DNA of 64,000 nt from the human T2T-CHM13v2.0 reference genome, Homo sapiens (GCF_009914755.1 NC_060932.1), one strand, 5' to 3'; positions 43,724 to 57,967 are shown, numbered from the stretch's first letter. Notes: a model not told the origin generated them from the sequence alone. Numbers and translations are program-made.

Positions 43724-44610
43724 TTTTTTTTACTTTTTTTATTATACTTTAAGTTCTAGGGTACATGTGCACAATGTGCAGGTTTGTTATATAGGTATAC
43801 ATGTGCCATGTTGTGTTTGCTGCACCCATTAACTCATCATTTACATTAGGTATTTCTTCTAATGTGATCCCTCCCCCTGCTCTCCACCCCATGACAGGCC
43901 CCGGGGTGTGATGCTCCCCACCCTGTGTCCAAGTGTTCTCATTGTTCAATTCCCACCTATGAGTGAGAACATGCAGTGTTTGGTTTTCTGTCCTTGTGAT
44001 AGTTTGCTCAGAATGATGGTATACAGCTGCATCCATGTCCCTGCAAAGGACATGAACTCATCCTTTTTTATGGCTGCATAGTATTCCATCGTGTATATGT
44101 GCCACATTTTCTTAATCCAGTCTACCATTGATGGACATATAGGTTGGTTCCAAGTCTTTCTATTGCGAATAGTGCCGCAATAAACATACATGTGCATGTG
44201 TCTTTATAGTAGCATGATTTATAATCCTTTGGGTATATACCCAGTAATGGGAGCACTGGGTCAAATGGTATTTCTAGCCCTAGATCCTTGAGGAACTGCC
44301 ACACTGTCTTCCACAATGGTTGAACTAGTTTACAGTCCCACCAACAGTGTAAAAGTGTTCCTATTTCTTCACATCCTCTCCAGCATCTGTTGTTTCCTGA
44401 CTTTTTAATGATCACCATTCTAACTGGTGTGAGATGGTATCTCATTGTGGTTTTGATTTGCATTTCTCTGATGGCCAGTGATGGTGAGCATTTTTTCATG
44501 TGTCTGTTGCCTGCATAAATGTCTTCTTTTGAGAAGTGTCTGTTCATATCCTTTGCCCACTTTTTGGTGGGGTTGTTTGTTTTTTTCTTGTAAAATTGTT
44601 TAAGTTCTTG
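43724..44610 (-). mobile_element. L1PA 3' end (ORF2 C-terminus, 3' UTR, poly-A); sense part of a 5'-inverted insertion
   Basis: 'ttattatactttaagttctagggtacatgtgcac' is an L1PA 3' terminus. ORF 44122..44640 encodes the ORF2 C-terminal peptide ([36 protein letters not shown]). Confidence 0.95.
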
Positions 44611-45117
44611 TACTGGTACCAAAACAGATATATAGACCAATGGAACAGAACAGAGGCCTCAGAAATAACACCACACATCTACAACCATCCGATCTTTGAC
44701 AAACCTGACAAAAACAAGAAATGGGGAAAGGATCCCCTATTTAATAAACAGTGCTGGGAAAACTGGCTAGCCATACGTAGAAAACTGAAACTGGATCCCT
44801 TCCTTACACCGTATACAAAAATTAATTCAAGATGGATTAAAGACTTAAATGTTAGACCTGAAACCATAAAAACCCTAGAAGAAAACCTAGGCAATACCAT
44901 TTAGGACATAGGCATGGGCAAGGACTTCATGACTAAAATAACAAAAGCAATGGCAACAAAAGCCAAAATTGACAAATGGGATCTAATTAAACTAAAGAGC
45001 TTCTGCACAGCAAAAGAAACTACCATCACAGTGAACAGGCAACCTACAGAATGGGAGAAAATTTTGCAATCTATCCATCTGACAAAGGGCTAATATCCAA
45101 AATCTACAAAGAACTCA
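44611..45117 (+). mobile_element. Inverted 5' segment of the same L1PA insertion (ORF2)
   Basis: Plus-strand peptide [45 protein letters not shown]. It ends at 'aatctacaaagaactca', the point where the minus-strand part begins in L1 coordinates. Confidence 0.93.
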
Positions 45118-46064
45118 TCTTCATTTTATGATGAGGTAAATCCGTCTCTAAATCAGAAAATCAACTGAAGAAAAAGCTTATCTTTATCAAGTTCATGTGA
45201 GCAAACAATGATACTTGGTATCTCACATCCACCCATTGATCTGAAAACCATTCAAGACAGTGGTTAGAAAACATATTCACAGCAGGTTAATAAATATTCC
45301 TTGAGTGAGTGCGTATATAGTAAGAAGCTTACTGTTCTCAGAGAAAATAATGGATACTTGGCATATAATTCCTTGCTAAGTTGAATGGTTTAGTTAGATT
45401 CTGAGAAGAGTGAGTTTAGGGTAGGCTTAAGGCAAGGGAAGGTATTCTAAGGGGACTTTGGGTTGGTGGAAAAGATAACATTCCATGGAGATTCTAAGAG
45501 GAGCCAATTCAGAGGCAGGGAGATGTGTCTATTTGTTCTGGGTACACTAAAGAGGACATCAGGCTGGAAGAGAAAGCCAAGAACCAGATGTAGAGGAGCT
45601 TAAAATCAGAACTGAACATTCCAGTATCTAGTGCAGTCAGTCACAGGAAGATGAAGGACAGTCAGTTTCATAGCGTGGGACACACACGTGGGTGGGATGC
45701 AAGGGCACATTTAGTAGTGCTTACATAGTTATGTGCTTAATGTGGATTTGAAGAAAGCATAACTTCACACATCAGATACATGACTTCACAGATAGTATTG
45801 CTTACTTAACGAGAAAAATATTAAATCAATGCCAGCTTGGATGTGACAAAATCCAGGGGAGCAAGAATGATTGGAAATTAACAAACAATTTGGCTAAAGC
45901 TATAATGTATCCATAATCATTACTGGTTGTCCCAGCAAAGGCTACAGTGTGGGTGGAAGTGCTTTTTTATTCATTCTTTCATTTTCAAATGTGTAAATTC
46001 ATACATTCAACAAAACTAATGAAGTGAGATAATACAGAGAATAATGACTAATTTCTCCTCATGA

Positions 46065-46145
46065 AAGGAAGGAAGGAGGGAAGAAAGGATGGAAGAAAGG
46101 AAGAAAGGAAGGATGGAAAAGATAAGGGAGGGCGAGAGGGAGGAT
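46065..46145. repeat. Degenerate (GGAA)n purine tract
   Basis: Directly visible. Confidence 0.8.
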
Positions 46146-46840
46146 TTTTAAGGACCTAATAAGAATCTAATAATGTGCTAGGTCTGGGGACTCAGACAGG
46201 AATGAAGCACAGTCCTCCTCCTCAAGGGGCTTGCTGTCCAGCAGGGAAGCAGACAGCTGAGCAAATCACTGTAATCCCACGTGAGAGGAGGCACAGGTAT
46301 AAAAATGTGCACAAAGTACAAAAACTTGTGGGAGCCTGTCAGAGCAGGGGTAGCTTGGGAGAGGTGCTGGTATTTGAGTTTAGCACATTTTGCCAGGTGG
46401 GGCTATCAATTTGTATTAGTTATAATTAAGATTTGTAAGGAGTTACAGTTCATGGATCCTAAAATATGGCACTATTGGGAAAGCATGAGTGCAAGCTATT
46501 ACTATTATTTAGTGCAATGAATGGCATTAAACTGCATGAGATGATCAGTAAAACTTATTTAAAAACATGCATTTTGAGACACTCCCTTACGGGGCCATAT
46601 AGTATGCGTGGAGTATGGTTGGATTAATCTTAAATTTTTATAAACTCTGGGAGGTTCTGATGCTGTAGACAGGTACTCATAGAGAGACTAAATTAGAGAG
46701 GTCATGGATCTTATTGACTTTGGATTCCTTAGTAGGGGGCACAATACCTGGCATATGGGAAGTATTGAAATAAATGTTTGGTAAACATGAACAAATAAAT
46801 TATTAAAAATCCAATAACAAATCTAACCACCCGGATCATA

Positions 46841-46991
46841 TTTTTGAGACAGAATTTCACTCTTCTGCCCAGGCTATAGTGCAGTGGTGTGATCATAGCT
46901 CACTGCAACCTCAAACTCATGGCCTCAAGCAATCTTCCTGCCTCAGCCTCTCAAGTAGCTGAGACTACAGACACACACCATCATGCCAGGC

Positions 46992-47032
<41 letters not shown>

Positions 47033-47155
47033 TTTGGAGAGACAGGGTGTTGCTATGTTGTCAGGGCTGCTCTTGAACTCCTGGCCTCAAGTGATTCTCC
47101 CACCTCAGCCTCCCAAAATGTTGGAAATTCTAGATGTGAGCCTCTGCACCTGGTC
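46841..47155 (-). mobile_element. AluJ-like SINE with an expanded central T36 tract
   Basis: 'gtgatcatagctcactgcaacctcaaactc'; poly-T at 46994-47029 in the linker position. Confidence 0.9.
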
Positions 47156-48479
47156 AATATTTTGTTTTCAAATAAATTTAATTTATTGATTTAAAATTTA
47201 TACTTGCATCCTTCCAGAAAGTGATGGAGTTAGCCTGTAATTAAAAATCTAAACAGGATTAATTGCTTTTTAAAATTTAATTTTATTAATTGATTAACTC
47301 AGGCTCATTCTGATGGGTGCCTCCTGGTGGTGGAGGCACTGAGTGTCTATATGTACTTGAAAGTAAGGAACTGTCCTTAAGAACATTCTTCCTTGTTACT
47401 CCCTAATTCTCACTGGTCACCCTACTGATTGGTCTCCACTGGTGAGATCTGACTCACAAACTTCTCCATCAGCAGGAACATAATGTACTCTCAAGAACCA
47501 AACCCAAGGCATGCTTTCACATTTTGCAGTACTCTCTATTCCTGAAAAGCGTTAAAATTAGATTTATTATGGCTCATTAAGTTAAAGGGAACAGGACAAT
47601 TCTCTTTCTAAGCAGCTGAAAAATAAGCCAAATTTTCTAGTCCATATTCAACTCAAATACCTTGATTTTGATACTTTTTTTGAGTTCTCAGCAATGCTCT
47701 GTCCTAACTTTCCATTCTGCTCATTGGAATCTGTTGTACTAGCATCAGCTACATAATGGTTATTCAACTAATTGGAAGAAGAAGGGAAAATGGGAGAGGG
47801 GGCAGGGAAAGGGTCGGGTCTTGTTACTGAGTGTATACTGTGTTCCAAGCATTATACTAGGCACCAGTAGAATGATTAACAGAGCAGACATAGCCCCTTC
47901 CTTCCCTGTGCTTACAATTGACAGAATGATGCTACATTAATCAATCATTTATAGTAAAGAATGAGACAGAATAGACCCACCAGTTTGTCCCCTGTTTGCA
48001 AATCAGGAAAAAATCTGGAAGTGATTTCCAGCAGGACTTGCCCCAGTAGGAAAAACTGCACTCTGTTGGCAGAATAACAGTAAAGAATATTGTGCCCAAA
48101 TGAAAACGGCTTTTAAAAATTAGCTTCATAATTCTAATAGGGATGTGATAAGACCAATACAAAAGTAGCTTGAGTTGAGTTCCTGCTCAAAGGTAGAGGG
48201 CACTGAGTTCTTAGCCAGAGTTGAAAGTATTCAAGGGAAAATCAGGTAGTCCACCTGGAAAGATCACTGGAATCATTTTTAGGGAGTGAGAAGGAGATTG
48301 TGGCTGGGAGGCAGTATAGAGCTTGAAGTTCTTCTAAAAAGTCATAGAAAGCAACTGGGATCAAATGTGAATTCAGATACATCAGAAGACAGGATGGGTG
48401 AGTACATGGGATTTGGAACCAAGAACTGGGACAATATGAAAGATTTTTATCCTACTTATATATGCTACCAAGAGGGTGA

Positions 48480-48678
48480 CAGTGATGTGCTGCAGCCTGC
48501 TAATACCATCTTGCAAAAGCCAATTATGGACACCTCTTCCAAATCCAATTTCAGTCACTTCACATGGGCAGCTTGAAATGGGTTATCATGGGAGTATTTA
48601 CACCACAGAAAGTGGCAAATGCTATGAATCAGGACTTCGCTTTAAGAGAAGTTATACAATATTTACCAGCAGGTCACT
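48480..48678. mobile_element. MER63A-like hAT MITE
   Basis: cagtgatgtgctg ... cagcaggtcact imperfect terminal inverted repeats; internal 'tgggagtatttacaccacagaaa'. Confidence 0.65.
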
Positions 48679-48908
48679 ACTTACAGAGTCCAGGCTAACA
48701 GCCTCCAGGACCTGCATGCAACCAGAAATTTAGAACTGGATCTGTACCCAGTTAGCATTGGTTGCCCTGGAAATAATGCATTTCTCCTCAACTGATATGA
48801 ACAAGGAGATTCAAGTGTCAGAGAGGTGCATAGAACAAATGAGCTTGAAGCCTACTCCCTACTTTGAGATTCTGCATTCTTATTCTAAAAATATTTATGG
48901 AGGATTTT

Positions 48909-49254
<346 letters not shown>

Positions 49255-49980
49255 TTAAATACCACACTGTATAATGTTTCTATCCCCTGCTGATGGAAAA
49301 AGGTGTATATGTGTGTGCATGGGTGTGTGTAAGTGTGGGCGCGCATGCGTGTGTAGGGGAGTGGAGGCAGGTAAAGGGATTCAAGGTTTTGTGGTATATC
49401 TAAAATAAACTAAGAAATTGACAAGTAGCCAAAGTCCAAATTATAATAATTTCCAAGAAATACAGAGCCAGAATGACATAATATTACACACCAGGAATGG
49501 TGTTCTTAAAAATAAACCTGAGTTGTAGCTATTAAGGACCATGCTATTTTGCAGAAGTATGAAGAAAGGCAGGTTGAGGCTAGCATGTGGTCACCCCGGG
49601 AAGACAGCAGGGTATCAAGTGTCAGTGAGCTCCTGGAGCTGAAGTCTGACTGAGCAGAAGAAAATGGGTCTTCTTGTGGATCCTGCCAAAACGAAATCAA
49701 TGAACATGGCCTGGCTGGGGAGGATATCACTGTGTCCACATTTTGGCAATACTCTCTGAGGGATAAAAACAAGAAATGACACTCATATAAAGGTTTAGAA
49801 ATATCACATCCATTATCCTGTTGAATCATCCCAGCATTTTTGGAGAAAAATATCATTGACTTCATTTTTCAGAAGGCAAAACTGGATCTCAGAGAGCTTA
49901 AGTCACTTGTCATAGTTACAGGGAAGGAAGTGGCACACACAAGACAATATATAATTAAGTACTTAAAACATATCTCACTC

Positions 49981-50279
49981 TTTTTTTTTTTTTTTTTTTT
50001 AGATGGAGTCTCGCTGTGTTGCCAGGCTGGAGTGCTGTGGCGCGATCTCGGGGCTCACTGCAACCTCTGACTCCCTGGTTCAACTGATTCTCCTGGCTCA
50101 GCCTCCCAGTAGCTGGGACTACAGGCACGTGCCCCAACACCCAGCTAATTTTTGTACTTTTAGTAGAGACGGGGTTTCACCATGTTGGCCAGGATGGTCT
50201 CGATCTCCTGATCTCATGATCTTCCCGCCTCGGCCTCCCAAAGTGTTGAGATTACAGGCGTGAGCCACCACACCCGGCC
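49981..50279 (-). mobile_element. AluSc-like SINE
   Basis: T21 tail, 'gttgccaggctgg' and 'ggccaggatggtctcgatctc'. Confidence 0.93.
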
Positions 50280-50280
50280 C

Positions 50281-50536
50281 CACTGGTGTCTTTATAAGAG
50301 GAAATCTGGAGACACAAAGAGGCACTGGGGTGTGTGTGCAGAGAGGAAAGGGCATGAAGACACAGTGAGAAGCCGGATGTCTGCAAGTCTAAAAGGAAGG
50401 CCTCTGGGAACCCAACACCTTGCTGACACACTGATCGTGGACTTCCAGCCCCCAGAATTGTGGAAAAATAAGTTTCTGCAGTTTAAGCCACTCAGTTTGT
50501 GTTATTTTGTTATGACAGCCCTAGCAAACTAATACA
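50281..50536 (+). mobile_element. MLT1A/B-type LTR 3' half
   Basis: 'gacttccagcccccagaattgtg...tttaagccactcagtttgtg...gcaaactaataca'. Confidence 0.8.
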
Positions 50537-51893
50537 GAGGGCCTCTTTGGCCCTTTGTGGAAACCTGATTGAAGGTGACTACACTGGCGGTGCCGGGGGC
50601 AAATGACACTCTCCCGGGGCTCCAAGGAAAAATCCATAGTCCATCTCAGTTCCTCATTTGTTCTGTTCTTGCACTTCCAGTGGTCACACCAGTTATACGA
50701 GTTCAATATGAATGCAGAGAAGGAACCAAATGGCAATTAGAACCACGATCAATGGGAAGAGGTAGTCTTTCACACAGAGAATCTATTGTGTGCTAGAATG
50801 TCTTCACAGAACCTGAGTTCTGTGAAGTTGGTGCTGTTATACCAATTTTTTCAGATAATGCTCAGGCTCAAAGAAGTGAAGAAACACACTCAAGTTCAAA
50901 CAGAAGTTAAAAAAAAAAACCCAATAAATCCAACATGATTGTGTTTAGTTCCCTCAACAGTAAATAACTTGTTTTTGATGAAAAGTCCTTTGCTCATGCA
51001 AAATGATGTTAATAAAACCAAAGCCGCTGCAATTAGTCAGATGGTGCTCATATTAATTTGTCATAGATGTAAGACCCAAACAGTTTTGCCTCTGGGTAAA
51101 CTTTCTTGATTTACAGAAATAAGTCCATATGATTTCTCAAATAGTGGGCCCTTTTTTTCAAGAATCCAAAATATTCAGGCATCAAAGTGACAAATGAATA
51201 ATTGTATTAAGCAGTATGGACAGAAAGGCACTGTATTACATTGAATAACTCACTGATTCATCCATCCATCTATCCATTCACTGAGTTATTGAGAGAGAGA
51301 GAGAGAGAGAGTGTGTCCCTTCTATGTGTCTGGTTTAGAATTAGGCACTGGCAATACCTAATTGCGAAAGAAACAATCCACAGTCCCTGCTTCCAAGGAG
51401 CTCAAAATTTGGTACCTACTTCAGAGAATTCTTGAGAGTTTTAGATTAATTACTACACGGAAATACTTAGAAAAATGCCCAGAACATAGTGAACACTCAA
51501 AAAATACAGTTTTAATTTTTATTGCTATCTGATATATAATCAGACAACAAAACATGTTTTCAGTCCCCCGTAGTAAAGGTTCAGTATGTTTTTGGGGGAG
51601 GGTGCTGGGAAGAAGTTCTATCTCAGTCTGGGGGTGCCTGAAACTCTTCCTCCAGAAGTAGCCCCTCAGCTGACTCTTGAAAAAAAAAAAAAAAGAGGCA
51701 AGCGAAGAAAAGGAGAAAGGAGTTCTATGAGATAGAGCCAGGAAGATGAAGGCCAGAGCTTAAAGAGCTTCATGCATTGTGTTAGTGAGTTGAGCATTTA
51801 TCTTGCAGATAAGAGGGAACCATTGAAAGGTTTGACACAGGGAGAGAGGGAACAATCAGGATCACATTTGTGTATCATAAAAATCTTTCTGGA

Positions 51894-52195
<302 letters not shown>

Positions 52196-53351
52196 TTCTG
52201 GATATGAGGTAAAGAAAGCCATGAAAGGTGGTACCAGTGCAGTTTTTCCCAGGAGAATGTTGATGACTCAACCAAGCCAGTGGCAATGGACAGCAAGAGG
52301 CTGTGGGCAACTCAAAATATACTGAGGACTTCAAGTCAACTTGACTTCACAACTCCAGTAAGGAGAAGGAAGAGTCGGAGGATGGCATGGCTAGCTGGTG
52401 CCCTTGTCTGAGTTTTGGTACATGAGCAGGTTCGGAAGAAAGTTGATGAAATTCATTTTGAAGGTGTGTTCAAGGTGTCTGTGGGGAGGCTTCTAGGTGG
52501 TGATGTCTAATCAACAAACACAGGTTGGAACTCCTAAAAGACTATTACCTGGGGCTAGAAATTTGGAGTCATAAGCCAAAAGCTGGGCAATTAAACCACA
52601 GGAGCCAAGCAGGGGACCAGAGACAAGCAGAGGGCAGTGAGTGGGACACCCCAGGGCCTTCCAAGAGGCATGTTCTTGTCAATAAATACACTAAGCAAGG
52701 GAGCAACTACAGCATCCCCACCAAGGGTGAAACATAACAGGTGGAGAGAAGCCCTAGGCTGAATGCATTAGGATTCTAATGACATGCCACAATCTCCTAT
52801 CAGGAGACGTGGTGGAAGGGAGCTGGCAAATATATCAACTCACATAATTGGCATTTTTGCAGCACACTTCTGGTGCAGAAGAGCTGCTGGCTTTCAGAAG
52901 GAAGGGCAGGATGGGGTCTGATCACTCACTTTTTCAAGTCTACTCTTAGGATCTTCTGTCTGGGAAGCCAGCTTTGTCAATAACTGTTTTTCTCTGCCTC
53001 AGGGCCATGTTGGATCTACCTCAACAGTTTTCAGATGACAGCACCAAACAACCCTCCCAGCTTCTCCCAAAGGCTGCCTCCAATTTGGATGTAATCAGAA
53101 TCCAAACTGGCTCCTTTCCATGTCTCCTAGTAGGAAGTGACCCTGGAAGCTGCAAAGTCCTCATTTGCAAACTGACAGTCACTTTTTCAGTTTCCTAGGC
53201 CAAGATGAAAAAGGCTCTTTACCTTCCAAGATAAAGCCCCCCCGCCCACTAGAGCAAAGAGAAATCACACCCACACCCAGCTGACATTCATTTTCCATTT
53301 TCCCAGCCTGTCACTGCTGAGAAAGAGACAGCTGCTGCTGCCACCACAGGC

Positions 53352-53354
53352 AGA

Positions 53355-53401
<47 letters not shown>
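53352..53401. repeat. (GA)n microsatellite
   Basis: About 24 GA units with one interruption. Confidence 0.95.
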
Positions 53402-53403
<2 letters not shown>

Positions 53404-53757
53404 TCCTTTAACCTCTTACCATATTAAGTCACAGAAATTTTCTTGCAATGTGTCTTCCTGTCATTTACTCAGGAAGGTCCCTATGACATAGTTTTGAAAG
53501 ATTTTACAGACAGCAGAAAAACAAGAGTGTTATCCCAAACCTCAATCAACTAAGCAATGTAAAGACATAATTCCTGAAATTCTTGCCCACAATAGTTTTT
53601 GGAAAGAAAGCACTACATTTCACTGGTTGTTTCCAAACTGATTTTGTGTGTGTGTATAACACTTTGCTGTGGCCATCTCCAGAACATTAGGTTGTCTCCC
53701 ATAGTGTCAATCCCTTCTGTCCAAAGAATTACATCCACTTCTTACCCCCTTACTTAG

Positions 53758-54231
53758 TGTAATAAGCTCAACTGTGTCCTCCTCAAAAAAATTTATGTTG
53801 AAGTCCTAATCCACAGTACCTCAGAATGTGAGGTTGTTTGGAAACAGGGTCTTACCAGAAGTAATTGAGTTAAAATGAGGTTATGATGGGCCCAAATCTG
53901 ATATGACTGGTGTCCTTATAAAAAGGGAACATTTGGACACAGAGACAGACATGCACAGAGGGAAGATTATATGAAGACACTCAGAGAAGATGGCCATGCG
54001 ACCAGAATGATGCATTCACAAGCCAAGCAATGCCGAGGATTGCCAGAAAACAGCAGAAGCTGGGAAGGGCCAAGGAAGGATTCTCTCCTAGCACAGTCAG
54101 AGAAAGCATGACCCTGTCAATACCTTGATTTCAGACTTCTGGCTTCCAGGGCTGTGATATAATAACTGTCTGCTGTTTTAAGCCACTCAGTTTGTGGTAA
54201 GTTGTTATAGCAGCCCTGAGAAAAGAATACA
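53758..54231 (+). mobile_element. MaLR solo LTR (MLT1B/C-like)
   Basis: 'tatgttgaagtcctaatc..acctcagaatgtga' and 'gactggtgtccttataaaa'; end 'ttaagccactcagtttgtgg..aataca'. Confidence 0.85.
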
Positions 54232-54296
54232 CTCATATAGGTGGGTTTCTTCACAGATGCCTTTCTAGCTTTTCCTTTGATTTGTGATGTTTTCTC

Positions 54297-54670
54297 TGTT
54301 AAGGACTGAATTGTATTTGCCCCAAAATTTATATATTGAAGCCTGAATCCTCAATGTGACTGGATTTAAATATAGGGATTTGGGGGGCAGTTATTAGGGT
54401 TAAATAAAGACACAAAGGTGATCCTCTAATCTGATAAGATTAGTATTCTTATAAAAAGACAAAGAAACACCAGAGATTGCTTTTTCTCTACACACAGAAG
54501 AAAGGGTATATGAGAACATAGCAAGAAGGTGGCCATTTACAAACCAGGAAGAGAGTCCATCAGAAATCAAATGTGTATTTTGATTTCCAGACTATGAGAA
54601 AATAAATTTCTGTTGTTTAAGCCACCCAGCCTATGATATTTTGTTATGGTAGCCAAAACTAACTGATACA
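54297..54670 (+). mobile_element. MaLR solo LTR (MLT1A-like), in tandem with the previous LTR
   Basis: 'ggactgaattgt..ccccaaaatttata' and 'aaccaggaagagag'; end 'tgtttaagccacccagcctatg..ctgataca'. Confidence 0.8.
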
Positions 54671-55139
54671 CATGCCAATCCTCTGCCATGTTCTAAGCCA
54701 CATTCATGCTTTGCATGATGGCTCTAAGTCACAATGATCATTAGGTCTTTCCTCGAATCCTTGGCAAGAGTGACTTCAGACCCTAATAGTTGTACGACAG
54801 TTCTAATTTTGAGTATTCTTAGAAATGTGCATTGATTGAGCCCCCACAACATTCCAGGCACTGTGCTTAACACTTCAGATATTCTGTTCCTTATACCTCC
54901 CTACTGGAATAGTGACTACCATCCCAGTAATTTCCAGGAGAGTTAACGGAGCATCAGAAACTAAGTAATTGGTCACCCACCAAGGAAATGGAGACACCTG
55001 GATTTAAGTCCTAGACAAATGACTCCTCTGAATATGCTCATTCCCCTATATCAGAGGAGCATCTACTCTTGCTCTTGTCCAAGTTTATAGTCTTGGTTCT
55101 GCAAATATGATCAAGGCACTTCAAGCATTACTGTAGCAC

Positions 55140-55292
55140 CAGAGCTTCTTAATCTTTAATGGGCACATAGATCACCAAGGGGTCTTGTTAAATGGCAGAC
55201 TCCAATTAAGTAGGTCTAGAGGGAGGTGCCTGATAAGCTCCCAATGGTGCTGATGCTGTAGGTTGTTGGACCATTCCTTGAGTGGTGAGGAT
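55140..55292. mobile_element. MER5A-like relic
   Basis: 'gatcacc..tcttgttaaa..cagactcc..agtaggtct..aagctccc..gatgctg..ggacca' motifs. Confidence 0.6.
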
Positions 55293-55599
55293 TTACACAC
55301 AGGACTCAATCGTTGATAATTTTATGCTTTCTTTTCTAATTGTCATGTGGATGAATTCTTTATCACACACATTCAGAATCTACTATGCTCCTAGCTCTGT
55401 GCTAAGTAATGTGGACCCAAAGAATAATTAAGAACTTAATTTTAAATTCCTTAAAAGCATTGGCTGTTATTTTGACTATTTTTTATTTGAACAACTAACA
55501 CAGTGGGCACATAGTAAGCACTTGGTCAACATGGCTGTACATCCTTAACATCTAGAACAGAGCATTCAAATAACAAAATCAGATTGAGATGTGTCCTGT

Positions 55600-56050
55600 G
55601 ACAGATATTCTTAGTCAACCACTATGACTCATTCACCCTTTTCTCCTTTACTAATGAAGACCGGTTTCATTAAAAAACAGCCCCAAATACTCACGCCCCA
55701 GCTTCCCTTGTGGATTGGGGTGTTCGTGTGACTTTGTTTTGGCCAATGAAATGTGCTAGGAAGTCTTTTGGTTTTTCCTCATAAAAAGGTCTCCATATCT
55801 TTCTTCTTCTTTCTCGTATACAGATGGATTAATGCACACAGATGCCGTGTTTTTATGATGATGAGGCAACTAAGGTGAGAGGAAAGCTAAGATAATCATT
55901 TAGATATTGTCTCTGGCATTGCTAAGCTGCTGAACAAATATCAGCAGCTGCCTGCTTCAAATATCTTGCCACGTGAGAAAAATAAAATTCTTTCCTTTAG
56001 CCAATCTTATTGGTGACCTATACATGCAGCTCAAAGTGATTTTAACCAAT
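55600..56050 (+). mobile_element. Old MLT1 (J/K-like) LTR
   Basis: 'cccagcttcccttg', 'tggccaatgaaatgtg' and 'gtgagaaaaataaa' motifs; highly diverged. Confidence 0.5.
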
Positions 56051-57861
56051 AGTAACCCTTCCTAATTAGGACATTTCCGTCATGACACCAGCTGAGGTAA
56101 GAGTAGTCTAGTCAAAAGTTGGAAGCAAAACTGTTAGGCATGAAAAACATGTTTTCAAAATTAATTCCAGCCAAACACCAACCAGAAGCATATTCCATGA
56201 CTTGATCCAGATTCTGTTAGATGCAAATCTTCTTTTCTGTTTTTATTTTCCCTTGCTATCTAATCCAAATTCTATAGGTCCATTCCATAAAATTATTTCA
56301 ACTCAAGTGCTGGTATGAAAAATGCTAAATCCCAAGTTGACCTAATAGTTGCCACCTTAACCTTGATATTCCACCAGGGTGTGTGGGAAGCCTAGTGCTT
56401 TTAGGATGCATTTTGGGTTATCTTTGAGCTGCAGCCTTAACATTAGCATTGACTCATGGCTAATATATCACCAGGACAGCCTACTCTAAAAGCATCAATG
56501 GAAGTTTGGTTTCCTCCTTAGACTTTCAATGCCAGTAAGAAGAAAAAGCAGAGACCTACATCCTGCTTTCTTCCATTCATCTCACACACAAATACATCAA
56601 TTTTCTTCACTGCTTAAGACAGACATCAGCCTAAACGGGTCCCTCATTTCACTTTGTTTCAGTTAGAGGACATAGAAAAAAGTTTGTTTTCATTAATATT
56701 TTACAGAAACCTTATATAATGGAATTAATCACATCTTAATGTTAACTTTAAATTCTGAAGGTGGAGAAGCGGGCAAAAAAAAATATTCAAAGCTCTTTGG
56801 ATATTTCAGCTGAAGCAATAAAGGAAAAGGTCTAATTTGACCTGTGGGGAAAATGACAAAGTAAATAAATCAAGTGAACACATAATTTATTGTCCAAACC
56901 AGACCACTTTGAACAGTGAAAGGAGAAGCTATTAATAATTATGCTGGGGCAGTAGGCGTAAACTAGAACATACCAGGACAAACCGGGACATGTGGCCATC
57001 CTGTAAATAAAGGGTTATGTCTGTAGTTTTTTTGCAATCGAGCCTACATAGCTCAACAGTGCACAGAAGAAATGACTCTGCTCTGTATTTACAGATAGGA
57101 AATCACACAAACGCCCCTCTGCCTTTGCACAGCCCCTTGTGTTTTTTATGGAGCCTCATATCAGGTCTCACTTAGTCTTTGCTCTGTAAAGTGGGTGTTC
57201 AGATCCTCTTTTGGTAAGAAAGAGCAAAAACTGTGCATAATTCTGTCCATGAAAAGTTTTTTTTTTTTTTTTTTTTTTTTTTTGGCAGGTGAAAGGCCAA
57301 GCAGTTCTTCCAAAGGATTCTTTCCAAATTTGGGAAATTGGCTCAGGGAAAGCCTGCCTGCACAGAGTTCTGGAAAGCCAGTCCTATGATGGGGCTACCT
57401 TCTGCGGGTGGGTGGAGGCAGGGGGCAGAGAGGAAAGAAGATTCAACCTGAAAAATCTCAAAACAGAAGAAAAACAAAGTTTATGAAACACACACTATAT
57501 ACTGGACACTGTGGTAGACACCTATGCATTCTATCTTACTTGATTTTCACAACAAACACACGAGGTAAGTATTCGCAGTCCCATTTTTCAGATTGAGAAA
57601 CTAAGGCTCAGACCAATTAAGTGATTTGACTCTGGTTAGGCAGCTAGTAAGTGGTAGACAGAAAGGGAAGTTGTCCAGCCCCATAGCTTGTGCTCTTGTC
57701 ACCACATCAGGTTGCCTGACTTGGATAACTGGGAGTTTCTGGACTATGCACTCCTCTCCATCACCACGGCTGCCCTGGCCCAGCCCCCATCCAATATTCC
57801 CTGGGCTGCTGCAGGGTCTTCATTGCCTTGCCTCATACAGTCCAGAATGTAAATCACATTC

Positions 57862-57967
57862 CGTGGTGATGGTTGCCCAACCTTATGAATATATTCAAAA
57901 TCATTGATTTATATACATTAAAATGGTGAATTTTGTGGTATGTGAATTATATGTAAAAAATAAAAAG
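57862..57967 (+). mobile_element. Short L1M 3'-end fragment
   Basis: 'gtggtgatggttgc..aaaatggtgaattttgtggtatgtgaattatat' followed by an A-rich end. Confidence 0.7.

Noticed and set aside
44122-44904. 172-aa and 122-aa ORFs with real protein-like sequence
   Set aside because: They are L1 ORF2 remnants on either side of an inversion junction, not a host gene.
49340-49351. NRF1-like CGCGCATGCGTG
   Set aside because: It lies in a decayed (GT)n tract where such words arise by mutation, and has no promoter context.
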